Shown here piece after piece: positions 24,933-37,943 of a stretch of DNA of 64,000 bases (its first letter is position 1; the number at the start of each line of letters is the position of its first letter). The position numbers and the translations under genes are program-made. This DNA comes from Perna viridis. Lineage: Eukaryota. The stretch spans positions 33,604,001 to 33,668,000 of the forward strand of contig CM074512.1 in NCBI GenBank assembly GCA_037379345.1, given 5' to 3'. Under the pieces are notes generated by a model. The model worked only from the letters and a program-made list of their open reading frames with translations, was not told where the DNA came from and ran no database searches.

Positions 24933-26611
24933 TTTTTTTAGCTTACCTGGCTGAAGGCCATGTGAGCTATTGCCATCACTTGGTGTCCGTCGTCGTCATA
25001 GTTAACAATTTTTCAAAACTCTCCTCTGAAACTACTTGACCATAGTTCCTGCATAGAACTGGTGTGGGGATTTTTAATCTGTTGAAAAACATGGCTGCTG
25101 TTACTAAAAATAGAACATAGGGGGTCAGACAGTAGTTTTTCACATATATCTCCAAAATGGTTAGGTTTAGCCAAATTGTGACAGGGTAAAAGTGTTCAGC
25201 ATGATGCGATTTATCTGCGGTCAAATTTTCATTTTAATCAATTAAGGTCTCACTAACCACTTCTAACGTTTCCATTACTTTACATGTTAAAAAAGTAATT
25301 TTCAAAGTCTCACTGTGAATTCCCAGGACAAATGACATCTTAAAGTTGCATACCGTTGGGAAGCTTGGAAAGTAAGGCTTCCAAAATTATTATGCTAATG
25401 GTACGATGATAGTAGAAATTTTTCACAAAATTTACTTGAATAAATAATACTGAAAATCCACATTTTTACCTGTTCTGCTAACTGACAGCATGGAGGCAAA
25501 TTACTCACACATGTAAACAATATTCATACACTTTTGTAATTAATTACATATATGATTTTAAAGTACACATTCTTAGCTTTATTTTGACTACTTTTAATCA
25601 TAATACACACAAATAATGCACTTACAATGCATATGTCTAGGTTCAGTGTGTTTTTGGTACTACATAGGGGGGGTGGCCGTTGGACCCGGAAGTGGTTAGT
25701 GAGACCTAAGCCATGTTGGAGTTGTTGCCCTTTTTCGACATTTTTTGCTATTTTTGATGTTATTTCTTTCAAAAATCTTCTTCTCTGACACTACTTGACT
25801 AATAGGAACCAAACTTGGTATGAATGTTCCTTGGGGTATCCTGCATAGAACTGATGTGGGGATTTTTGATCCGTCGAAAAACATGGCCACCGTTTTTAAA
25901 AATAGAACATAGGGATCAGACAGTAGTTTTTCACATATATCTCCAAAACAGTTAGGTTTAGCCCATTCTTAAAGGGGTAAAAGTGTTTAGCATGATGAGA
26001 TCTATATGCAGTTAAATTTTCATTTTAATCTATTAAGCCATGTTGGAGTTGTTGCCCTTTTTCAAAGTTTTTTGCTATTTTTGATGTTATTTCTTTCAAA
26101 AATTTTCTCCTCTGACACTAGTTTGCCAATTGAAACAAAACTCAGTATAAGTGTTTCTTGGGGTATCCTGCATAGAATTGAAGTGGGGTTTTTTGATCCA
26201 TCGAAAAACATGGCCACTGTTACTAAAAATAGAACATAGGGGTCAGACAGTAGTTTTTCGCATATATCTCCAAAACCATTAGGTTTAGCCAAATTCTTTC
26301 AATAGCTGATATGATCCTTATATTTAGGACTACAAAAGTCTTCAGGCATAAAATTTGTCTTTCTTATAAGAGTTATTGCCCTTGACAGGGGAAAATGACA
26401 GTTTTTTTGTTTTTTTTTTTTACAGTTTTCAGCCAATGTCTTGAAAACTATGATAGATTTAGACTTTCATTTACTGAAATGATCCTTATGATAAGTTCTA
26501 TCATAGTTTTCTTGAGTCAAAATTGTTGGGCAACTTCTTGTTTAATTTGTTGCCCTTGTAAGGCAAAATTCAACCAGGTGAGCGATTCAAGCTCCTGGGA
26601 GCCTCTAGTTT
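24933..26611 (+). mobile_element. Helentron-associated non-autonomous element (HINE/DINE-1/pearl-like) with internal ~327-bp tandem repeats
   Basis: It starts in a T-run with the 5' stem-loop agcttacctggctgaaggccatgtgagct and a (GTC)n microsatellite. Internal units are anchored at ctgcatagaa (25049, 25841, 26168). The 3' end has a subterminal IR aggtgagc and palindrome gctcctgggagc before ctagtt and a T-run. This is the HINE architecture described in bivalves. Confidence 0.8.
25246..25706. mobile_element. PIF/Harbinger-type (Tourist-like) MITE, 461 bp, nested in the HINE
   Basis: Perfect 18-bp TIRs ggtctcactaaccacttc (25246-25263) / gaagtggttagtgagacc (25689-25706) and a TAA TSD (25243-45, 25707-09). 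The empty site tattaagccatgttgg is visible in the sister repeat unit at ~26031. Confidence 0.88.
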
Positions 26612-29600
26612 CTTTTTTTTTTCTGTACAAAGTTGTATGAAGTAGGACATTGTTATTAAAATTTTTTCTGTCTGCATTTCCATTCGATTTATACTGTGAA
26701 CCCTGATTGTCTGTGACCAGGGTATTTCTGAATCCTGGTAAAGCTGACATCTCTATGTACGTGTATCAATATAACAAACAATCTGGTGCCTGTGGCTTTT
26801 GGTGGTATTGCAGTAAGAAAGATAACTCTAACTTGATTTCTATACACAATATTAGTATGACAGGTAGGCTTGAATAGTTTCCCTTGCCACATAGTTCAAG
26901 TAAAAACCTGAGCATTACAACTTTTTATTGCTCATTTTCAGGAAAGAAATGATTATTTCAAAATTTCCTTGCTATAGTTAATTTTATGAAGTTATGGAAG
27001 GTATGCACTATTTTAGCTAAATGAACTACGAAAAACAGGCACTATGACCTCTCTTTACTGGATTTAATTTTTGACTTGTTTGAATTGGTAATTTAATGAC
27101 TTCAGTTGGATATAGTCTGTCCTTCAGGAGTGACCTCTGACCTTATTTTTGATCCCTAACTCTGACCCACATCATGCATCTACAAATTTAACCCAAGCCT
27201 CATATTATTAACCTCATTGACTATGACCCAAATCAAGGCATGATATTTCCTATTTCCTAGTGATATGGTTTCATTGAACATCATGCAAGACTTTCTCAGA
27301 CAGCCAATTTACTCTAAGAATGTAGGGGGTTATTTATTTTCCCTGGTTATAATGGAAAATAAACAGACCAATGGTGATAGATTATAGCCTATTGATGAAG
27401 TCTACCAACCACATATTCTTTATAGATTGCAAACAGGTGGAAAAATTGGCCAGATGGAACTAATGTCTACAATTTTGGCAAATACTATTAGATGGAATTG
27501 TTTTATCAAGATGTGAAATTCATTTCAGTATAACCAAAATGTTACTTTTAAATTTTTTTTTCCAAATTTGTATGGCATCTGGCATGTTTGAGATTAACTT
27601 GCATTTTTTATTGTGTTTGAATTGAATTGCTCATTTTATTTATTTCTCCTATATTTTCTGTCTGTCTGTTTTCTGGGTTCCTTTTTTTGCTTGTTTTTTA
27701 GTTCAATGCAGAAGTTTAAGCAACAACAATGAAATTAATATATGTTTACAAGGACAAAATGAAAATAAAACATTTTTTTCCTTATAGAGGGTCTTAGTGA
27801 ATGATATGCCTACATAATTTGACTTTTTCATATACTGTCAAGCTTATGTTTTACCATAATGCAAGGTTAGCTTGAAAAGTAAGGTTACGTAACATGCCCA
27901 CAAATTCCCTCCCAAAATTGATTTTGTAGTGAAATACTGAAAATTTAAATTACCTCAGTGGATATAAAAAAGATCAACTTTTCAGTGCAAATATATTTAA
28001 TTTTGAAAGATATAATCACTAACAAATTTTACAATTGGTGCCATTATATCCCATCTTTATTTATAAACTTATCCTATTGTTATAAGCAGATAAACAACCT
28101 TGGATTTGTAGGTCATTTACCTGCAAAACTGTTTTGAAGGGTTTAGGATGTTCTGTAGTACATTTTTATGATACTAAAGTTCCTGCACAGTCGGGGATCA
28201 TAATATAAATGATAATTTTGGAAATTGAACACATAAGTTGTATCTTATATTGATGGAGGTTAATGTGAAATGCCATTACATAGTTCAAAATATTTTACCT
28301 ATAAAGATAATTTCTCAGTTCCCCCTTCATTGCTAGTTCTATTATCTGAATTGTGTTACTTGGTAAACACTGGTAATTAAATGAAACATGGGATGGAATT
28401 TATCTTATCAATGCTAATCATCTTCAACTCTGGGTCTTTGATCTGAAAATTTCTATTATTTCAGAATTGAAGAGCTCACTTAAGTAAGAGAAAAGTCCTT
28501 GTCAGAAAAAGACATGCATCCCAATAAAAAATTTATTTACTTATTATGAGAACGTTTTATATATTTTCTACCTCTTTCATAAGTACCTAATGGGTGATTA
28601 TATATATTTAGCAAGTTCACAAGGTTAATGTACAATGAAGGACAAGGTCATGATTGGAAAAATAGGGTTCAAAATAACACTTAATAGATTAAGTAATTTC
28701 TCCAGTATTTTGTTGGTTCAAATTTTATTTGGCATAACAAACAGATTAAGATTGTGGTTTAATGTAATAAAATTAGCACTTGGGTATACCTACAGATCCT
28801 AAAAATGATGATACAAAGAAAAAACTTCATATAGAAATCTACTGAATTCCCTGCTCTCAAAAACTTCCTATAGAAATAGATCTACTGAATTCCCTGCTCT
28901 TTGATTTTATGTCACTTTTCTTTTTCATGTTCTTTTTAGTATAAAAAATTGAAGCCAAAAAAAAAAAATAATTTTTTTTTAAATATTGATATATTTATTT
29001 TAGATGGCATGATAAATACAAAAAGAGCTGATGAAAAACTTATTATCATCTATTAAGGTGTTAAAAAACTAATTTTATTACTAAATAGAACCTGCAATTT
29101 TGGCATCACAATTTGAACAAGATATTAGAGAAAAAAAGTGATCAAATAAAAGAAATACTCTAAATTTTGGCATCACCAATTTCTTTATTTCAATGAAAAG
29201 CATAATATCGTGATAAAAAGTATATTTGTTTGATAATAAGTTTCACTGTGTTACATGGATGTTATCTTAATGAGTATCATTATTGAACATTGGAAAATTT
29301 TCTGCTGTAAATATGTCAGAGCTGTATCTAATTTCACAAGTTTCTAATGATTCTTGATTTCCTCTGATGTGTGACTGTCAGCATTGAGATAAAATTATGA
29401 TAAAATTATTTTATTTATTTTATTTTGTGATATTTGTTTTTATTTATTATGATCTATCATAGTGTAGAATGTCTGGTACAAAGTGTTGGGTGGTAGTGAT
29501 TGAATTTGTTGTCAGTCGTTTTGTTCACTTTGTTGGCTACAAAGTTAAACTACTGTAAAGTGTGTATGTATCATTAACATCATATGTTGGCCTTACATGG

Positions 29601-30438
29601 TGGCCATTGTTTATGTAAAGTGATTTTTTTTTTTGGTTTGCTCTAGCTCTAGCACCTTGCCGAACTTACTTCTTTGATTACAAAGTTTCAAGGAAGTGAG
29701 TAGCCTGAATTAGGATTTTTTGAAGGGATCAGGATTTTTTAAAAACACGCAATGATGATGTTAAGGAGATAGTGTTGGTCTTCTCATGTTTAAATAATAA
29801 TCATCTAATGAATTACCTTAGGCAGTTAAGTGGACAAATTCAACTCTTTATAACACATATTGTACCATTTTGTATTGTGTTGACCACTCATGATTAGATA
29901 AAACCACATGTGCAAATAAATGAAGCACCAATATGCAAATGAGGATGGTACATAGAAAATCTATCAGCCATAGATGAAAATATTTGAATGAACATTATGC
30001 AAATGACCGTAAAAGGAAAATCCATCCACCAATGACAATGATGTTGAGACTAACATAGCTTATCAAACAATTGGAATTGAAGGTTGTGACAAAGTTTAAT
30101 CATGCCACTGGCCAGTGTGTACGTTTGACCTGGATGCCAAGACAAAAATTGATTTTATCTAGTAACCACCAAATGATTTCCAAAAAACTTCAAAGAAATG
30201 TAGTTCAATACAAAGATGAATTTATTTACCTATAATATAGATAAGCAAAATTGTACAAAAATATCATCTGCTCCCTTAACCATCTATGATTATTTAGACA
30301 GTCAGTAGATCTGTTGTAGGGATTCAGCTGATGCTTCACCCTCCAACAGAATTTACTGACTGTCTAAATAACCATAGACAGTCACCTGAGAGTATATAAC
30401 TTGTATTTAAATACATGAAAATACCAAATGATTGGTAG

Positions 30439-31182
30439 AAAAGAGTAATCAAGGGAACCAAGGTTATAGTGGTAATCAAAAGAATGTAATCCAGGGACAA
30501 AGACCAGACATGGAAAACAGACATACACAACAGAGAATATAAAGTAACTAAAATCATACATACAAAGTAACAAAAGCAAATGAGCAACTCGGACTCCACT
30601 AAAAACTGGGAGCATGGACCAGGTGCACCGGTAGGGTAAGCGTCCTCTGCTTTTCTAGAAACACCCGCCCAGTTGCTCATAAAAAGTCAAGTCCGAGGTA
30701 GACAAACGAGGAAAGGAAAATGTGACCCATTGAATAAATCAGTTTTCATGGTGCAGATGGAAACACCATAACAATCCATGAGTTCATGATGACGACCGTA
30801 AAAACTTCTGTAGTGATGACTTCAGTCTTGTAGCAACATAACCCTGTTGAAGAAGCCTATTTGTTAGAGTTCTAGTGCGATACAAAAAGTCTGTGTAGTT
30901 TCGGCAAGCTCTGGCATAACGTATGAGTTATGATATGAACACTCCATACGCAAGTGCTGAAGGGATATTGCCACAGATGAAAGGAAAGTTGACAATTCTG
31001 AATGAAAAGTCATGATGTTTATCGTAAAGTTTGGTCAGTAGTTTTCCTTTACCATCAATTTCTTAGTGTAGGTCAAGATATGAGGCTGACTTAACAGTGT
31101 CTGTAGTATCCTTTATTTCAAGTTCTTTTGGGTAGATGTGATGTATCAAATCCCCGAAATTAGGATTGTTTAAAGATAATAC
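30439..31182 (-). mobile_element. 5'-truncated, pseudogenised Penelope-like retroelement (C-terminal RT region + 3' tail)
   Basis: The minus-strand translation from 31182 reads VLSLNNPNFGDLIHHIYPKELEIKDTTDTVKSASYLDLH*EIDGKGKLLTKLYDKHHDFSFRIVNFPFICGNIPSALAYGVFIS*LIRYARACRNYTDF...LLQQGY. YLDL, LYDK.DDF.F.IVNFPF...NIP and YGV.IS..IRY.R.C are typical of the PLE reverse transcriptase C-terminus. There are two stops and a frameshift near 30805. Confidence 0.8.
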
Positions 31183-33232
31183 AAAGGAATATTAAACTTC
31201 CTTCTCATTCATCCAGTTAAATACCTCAGCAAGTTCTTTAATCAAGGGAAGACCAACTGTATTACCTGAACACCATCATTGTTTGCACTGTAAAACAGTT
31301 TTATTTTACTGCTCACATTATACATACTTTTACTAGTATCTTGTTTGATATAATGAATTCATCTTTTAACAACTTGATTTGCATTGATTGATTAATTGAT
31401 TAACTGGTCAATAAAAAATCCACGAAACACTTAAGTATCTTTAATAGCTATTTAAATTTTTTATAGGGATTATTTTGAACAGTTTTATGGTTGAAGAACT
31501 TTCTTATCTGTTTTTTTTTTCCATTAATTTTCTTTTTTGATAAGTTTTTATCAGTTTAAAGTGGTCAGTGCACCACTGTTCTAGGGACTTTCAAGGTAAG
31601 TGTAAAGTTGATAGGAAGAAAATTAACTTGTTTGAAATATGAACATTTGAAATGTTGGAATTATACTTGTAAGAAAATTATATCAAGTTATTGAAACTTC
31701 TGAATAATTTTGTGTTTATAAATAGGTGTTTTATTAATTTATCAATGAAAATTTCAATCATGCATTGGTTTTATCTGCAATTTAGTTACTAATGCTTATT
31801 TTAAAGAAATTTTATGATTTTTGCACCTAAAGAGGCTCAAGTGAAACATAGTTTCCTGTTGCTTTTATGGTCAGTACCAAGGTCACAGTGCAGTGAAACT
31901 AATATTGGATTTTAATGAAAAGAGGGAGGATGGGGATAAGCACATTTTTGTTTGCTTTGTGGGAAACCTTTCAAATAGATAGGAAGAAATCAGAAAGAGT
32001 AAGAAATAAATCTGTCTTTCACTTTTGATTGATATTCTATTTTGTTCATGTTTTTCTGCCATTTAGTGGGTGTTTTCTGAATGAGTTATCTTTGTTTCAT
32101 CTGGCCAGTAGCATAAAAAAATTGCTTTTATCTTAAAGCTTTTCAAAAATTATGATTTGAAGCTAGATATTACCTCAAACACCAAGAAACATATAAGTAA
32201 TAATTGTTATAAATGTTCCATGTCAGACATTAGTTATATTGTGTCATTTTCGATTTCCAATTTGTTTTTTTTTCCCAAAATCTATTCAAATATTAAAAGT
32301 GTGTTATTATACTAGCAGTTACTACATAATCTTTTTGTAATGCACTGTTGGCTTTTAGTAAGGGGTTCCTGCATTAATTAGCATAGTTGGTAATTAATTG
32401 CTATTGGTCTTATTAAATTTTAGTATAGATGCTAAGTTTCATTTTTTTGTCTTCTTGTCACCAAAAACTTACATAGATTTATTCCTATTATTTGTTCCAT
32501 TCAGTCACTGCATGTAGTATCTAGCATCATTCCATTTAATTCTACTTTTTGTTCAGATGAGTATTCTGATCAGCCAATAAGGATTCAGTTTTCATGATTT
32601 TGAACGCATTTTTTTAAGGAAAAAGCATGGATTCAGAAAAGGTAATCGGAACAGTAGAATAGAATGTTGTTAGATCCTACATACAGTGATTGAATGGAAC
32701 AACTTCATTAGATTGAGTTTCTTATTTTGTTTTAAAGCGCTATGAAAAATATTACACAGATTTCTTGTCCTTGGAAGCCAAAGTCATTTTTACTCTAAGG
32801 TCAACTTAAACTCTTATCGTTTTATATTGATTTGACCTTGAAGTTAATCCAGGAGGTATTAATAGGTAAAGTCTCTCAGTTTAAAAAAAAATGGTAATTA
32901 CAGCTCTTCTGAAATTGGATTTATGTAAATTCTTGCATGTTTGAAAATTCGCTTTAGTTGGGTTCAATGGCCATGCTGCATGTATACATTCTTGTTCATT
33001 CCTTTCTCAAATATATAATTCTGCAATTGTCACATGGAGCATATGACACTTACATAATGAGTACATCCGGACATTTTTTTTCTATAGATTGATTTTTAAA
33101 CTACTGCTACTAAAGTTTTGGATGGCTAATAGGAATCATCTTGTTTGTTTTTTACCTTGTAAGTACAAGTCCTCCTAAACGGTACAAGTAATAATATTAT
33201 ATCTTATGTATAGGTTAGGCATCATATGTCGA

Positions 33233-33280
33233 TGTATATGAAGCACCATGGTTATTGTATATGAAGCACCATGGTTATTG
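33233..33280. repeat. 23-bp tandem duplication
   Basis: tgtatatgaagcaccatggttat x2. Confidence 0.9.
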
Positions 33281-33775
33281 CCATGTGGTTTTAAAGGAAA
33301 ATAATCACATTGCGGTACATTATTGCAACTGGTGGGGAAGGGGGGATTACAAGTTCAATCACAACTGGAGGCTACTATGCCAGTGCAACCACAGTTCTAG
33401 CTTCCCTGGTATGCTTTTGAAAGGAAGATACTGGTAATCAAGTTTCGGGTATGTATTGCAAATGGGGGCTACTATGCTAGTGAACCACAGTTCTAGCTCC
33501 CTGGAATGCTTTTGTTCATTTTTTCTATGTAATCTGTTGTTTCTTAAATGTATTTTTGTCTTCTGACTTTAAAGTTTTGTTTCCTGGGTATCTTTGAAGT
33601 TGCTTTGAAAATAAATATTGTGATTTACATGTTACTCCACTGATAATGTTGTTTGTCAGCACCCTATAACCTATCCTCCTCTGCTGTTTATTGATTACTG
33701 AACCAATGATCTCTGACAAACAATTGATGTCAGTGATAATTCTTATCTTTGTCTTTGTCTATTTGTAATGCATGA

Positions 33776-33833
33776 ATCTTGACCACAGCATTAAGGTATC
33801 ATAATCTTGACCACAGCATTAAGGTATCATAAT
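33776..33833. repeat. 28-bp tandem duplication
   Basis: atcttgaccacagcattaaggtatcata x2. Confidence 0.9.
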
Positions 33834-33900
33834 ATTTATTATTTTGTTTGGTTTCCTGAAAAGAAATGTGCTTAATGTCTCAAGGTGGTTGTCTTGAGAT

Positions 33901-34152
33901 GTTTATATCCCTGCTTGAAAGGATTGGGGATAGTGTTTACCCTTGTCTTTCTATCTGTCTTGTCTATTTGTGGGTGTATTTTCTTTGCTATCATTTGATA
34001 TTTTGACACAAGCTGTATATTGCTATAATGTGGGTCTTGTTTTTAGGTGTGGACAACAAAACAAAAACTGGAAGACTTAGTTTATATTTTTATCATGTTC
34101 TTACATTTGATGTTGGGTTATCACTGGTGAAAATTGACTTAAAGATTTCTTG
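33901..34152 (+). mobile_element. Degenerate HINE-like element
   Basis: tttatatccctgcttgaaagg..ggggatagtgtttacccttgtc-(tctg)n, with a 3' gggttatcactggtga...ttcttgt end. Same layout as 19000. Confidence 0.45.
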
Positions 34153-34448
34153 TGTTTTTTTCTCAATATATTTTGTAAGAGATTTTGTTTTGTGAACATT
34201 TTGTCTCCATATAAGGTTTAAAGACTGTACAGATTCTTAGAATATTTGATTGCTACTAAAATAAATGATGAAACTCAGAAAGAAGAATATTTCTTCTTGC
34301 AAATTGTTCTAAAGATCTTCAATAAATCATCTATACTCATCAATGAATGTTGGAAGAACTAAATTGTTGTTGTTTTTATTGTTTTATGACTTTACAGAGC
34401 ATGTAAACATATTCAAAAGTACTGAAAAGAGTATTGTTAACTGCAGAA

Positions 34449-34958
34449 AATCTATAGTCATTATTGTGTTCCAGGCAATATTGTATATGATATCAGTAAA
34501 TCTACAGTCATTATGGTGTTCCAGGCAATATCGTATATGATATCAGTAAATCTACAGTCTTTATTGTGTTCCAGGCAATATTGTATATGATATCAGTAAT
34601 TCAAAGTCATTATTGTGTTCCAGGCAGTATTGTAATATGATGTCAGTAAATCTAAAGTCATTATTGTGTTCCAGGCAGTATTGTAATATGATATCAGTAA
34701 ATCTACAGTCATTATTGTGTTCTAGGCAGTATTGTAATATGATATCAGTAAATCTACAGTCATTATTGTGTTCTAGGCAAAATTGTAGTATGATATCTGT
34801 AAATCTACAGTCATTATTGTGTTCTAGGCAAAATTGTAGTATGACATCTGTAAATCTACAGTCATTATTGTGTTCCAGGCAATTTTGTAATATGATATCA
34901 GTAAATCTACAGTCTTTATTGTGTTCTGGGCAATATTGTTATATGATATCAGTAAATC
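34449..34958. repeat. Minisatellite, 50/51-bp unit, ~10 copies
   Basis: Unit tctacagtcattattgtgttccaggcagtattgtaatatgatatcagtaaa. Confidence 0.95.
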
Positions 34959-37943
34959 AACTGTTCACTAGTGTGATACTAATATCTTGAAGTGTTTCTC
35001 AAGTGTTTCACTTCTTTATGACTTGTATATCATACATCCAACATATATGTAATTTATTTCACTAAGGTTTACTAGTATTCCTGCCACATTTCTCTAGTGA
35101 TTTACCAGTTTTGTTTCATGATGGTTTTTCTCTGTTTCATCATCGCTTATCATTGTTTCACTAATGTTTCACCAGTCATGTCAGCAAAGAATACTATCAA
35201 AGTTGGCACAATTTTAGATTGACCCAATACTCTTCTTCCTTCAATTATAACTTGAAACTGACTACTTTATTGAAGACATGTAGAACTATACAGCCTTCCA
35301 CCATGTTATCATTCTGACATGATATAGTCTGTGATAAACCTTATCATTCATGTTTGCTGCAGTAGGGGGTGTGTAAAACACCTCTGTACAGATGCCACAA
35401 GTATTGATCATCATGTGAAGCAGTAATGTGTGTAGCCAAACTAATTTTTATAAGAAAAAAGTAAAACTCCCCAAGAAAGAAGACCAACTTGAAAATATCA
35501 TGTATAACTCTGTATTGTCATCAAAAAGTAGTGTCAGTATAATTATTTTTTGATTTCAGATCCAAAAATACTTCAATGTACTTTGTGATCACTTTCTTTG
35601 CCATTAGTTCTGACTGGATATCAGAATACACTGTTAGTTCTCATACTTTTGAAGTCAAATTTAATTCAATATAATGCAGTCCCTGACTAAACCATACAAT
35701 TATTGACAGATCAATAACTGATCATAGAACACAACTAAACCCAAAGTTTTTATGCTGTAACTTAGTAACTTTTACCATGACTGAATCACTTAGAATACTC
35801 ATTGCTATCTTCCCAATCAGTTCTGACTAGAAACCAGTAGTGATATGACTTGATCACACTTGTTATCTTCTGTTGGATTCCTATGGTCAGTTGTTGGGTA
35901 TGCTGTCAAGAACTATCATAAAATTGATTGATGACTACAGGATGAAGCTTTTTGTATGCTTTTTGGCTGCCTGGAATTTTTGAATGTACAAATTCAAAAA
36001 TTTTGGTAAACTGCCCAGGTCAAAAACACAATTGGGCATAGGTCAAACTTTCAATGAGGATATATGACTTACAATAAATAGCAATCTCTTACTGGCCTCA
36101 GATACAAATTCTTATTTCACATTTTTTTTTTTTACATAGACTGTTTAGTAGAATTGTCACTTACAAACAGGAAGAATAAATAACAACTGCCCTAGATCCA
36201 TACTTTAGCTAATACAAGTTCAGTGGGACCGATATTTCGGACTCTACTTGGTATTGTGAATTTTAGTCGTAGTTAACTTTGAAATCCTCATACTTAAGGA
36301 AAAACTATAGATAAGTGATCTACTGTTCAAAAGATATTGTGATATGTAGTTATTGTTATGTATTACTTCTTATTGCATTTCATTGTTTATCAAGTGGCAT
36401 TACACCATCTGTTCTTGCCAATAAAACTATTATTCTTACATGCCAAACAAAACTTTTGTCAATTTAGCAACTATCAATATCTCAGGTGTGCTCTGTTCAT
36501 TACTTACAGGTATACATAAACAACAGGTGCAATGTATTTTACACCTGGGGCATGTACAACTTGATTATGTATTATGTAACTTAAAAGCTGTTTTCTGAAT
36601 TTATCAATTTAAATTTAAATGCAATAAAATGTATCAAATGACTCCTCCTATTCAATAACTAATCCTGTTCTTTGCATTAAGGGATTTTTCAAACTTAACA
36701 TGAAAATAATCATATGACCCTCATCCTGACCTCAATCATAACTACATGATAAATTGACAGGTGCTGTACTATTAAACTGCAGGATTATTGTAGAAAAAGA
36801 TGTGCATTTTGAAGTTAATAGACTGTTAGTCTGCTTAACACTGTGTGGTAACATTCTTTAATCTGCCCAAATGCACTGACTACTATTATAAAAAGTTAGT
36901 TAGAAACATTCGTGTGATGAAGAATGGCTTTGATCTTGGTCAGTAAATGATGTTTTGTGGTTTTTGTTGTGCTTTGCAGTAAGGAGGCAGATGTATATCT
37001 GTTGAACACTAGAAGAACCAAATACATTGCTCATCATTGTCCCTGATTATCTTTATTGTGCATATGATAAAATCTGATAAAAAAGACCCATACTGATCTG
37101 TGATTTATGTGTTTTGTTTGTATTGAAAAACTGAGACTTGATATTTTAGTATGCACATTATAATGACTCAGTTCTTGTCTTTTTTATATTGCTCCACATG
37201 GCAGTGACTCAGTTCTTGCGTTTTTGATATTGCTGCACATGGCATTGACTCAATTCAGTCATTCTGATGGTGCCCTATGTCTTATCTTTTTCTTGAAAGC
37301 ATTGACTTCCTGCGTGAAATTACTTCCTGAATTAAGATTGGATTAACTTTCCTTTCTTTGAAAGGCTATTTATACCCTGCTTTTGATTTTTTACATTCAA
37401 ACATGTTTCTAACTAGGCTATGCAATAGTCATGATGGCGTCATTGGAAAATTTTCAGTTTTTGAAAAGCAGGTTATTACTTCTTTTCATTCATAAGCATC
37501 AAGAGCATTTTTATAACAGTTTTATTTGCTTCATAGAACAGGACATGTGGGAATTTCTGCATTGTGCAAGTTCAAATGATTGTAAACTCTTTTATCTGAA
37601 AAAATTGGCATGCATTTCATCACACCTTTCCTAGAAGAATGACGTACATAAAAACTTTCAAATTGTATCAAATTTAACATCATTACATGAAAAGTATCAT
37701 GATCATTTGTTGTGGCGCAGTCAAACATGATTGGCAATATTGACGTAGATACGTTACAATTTTCACATTCCTGTAATGGTAGCAATTGGGATTAAACTGC
37801 CTGTTAATTGTATACTTTAATGTACAATATTGGAAATCCATTCTAAAGACAATTTAAGTCAGCAGTAATCAATCTCTCCTTCAGTTAGGTTTGACATTCC
37901 AACAAGTGGAAATTAGACCATCCAAGAAGATTTATATGTCTTG

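Noticed and set aside
24976-26292. Several mutually similar short ORFs (PYVLFLVTxAMFF...)
   Set aside because: They are translations of the 327-bp HINE internal repeat, not a gene family.
30336-30680. Hydrophobic 114-aa ORF (and similar 3184..3378)
   Set aside because: It falls in the 3' tail of the Penelope-like repeat, and copies differ in frame and length.
30439-30800. Hammerhead ribozyme expected in Penelope-like termini
   Set aside because: I could not find a CUGANGA...GAAA core with supporting stems on either strand by eye.
34613-34990. 125-aa Cys-rich repetitive ORF (CSRQYCNMISVNLQSLL)n
   Set aside because: It is a by-product of a 51-bp minisatellite. Neighbouring 50-bp units break the frame and there is no splice or start context.
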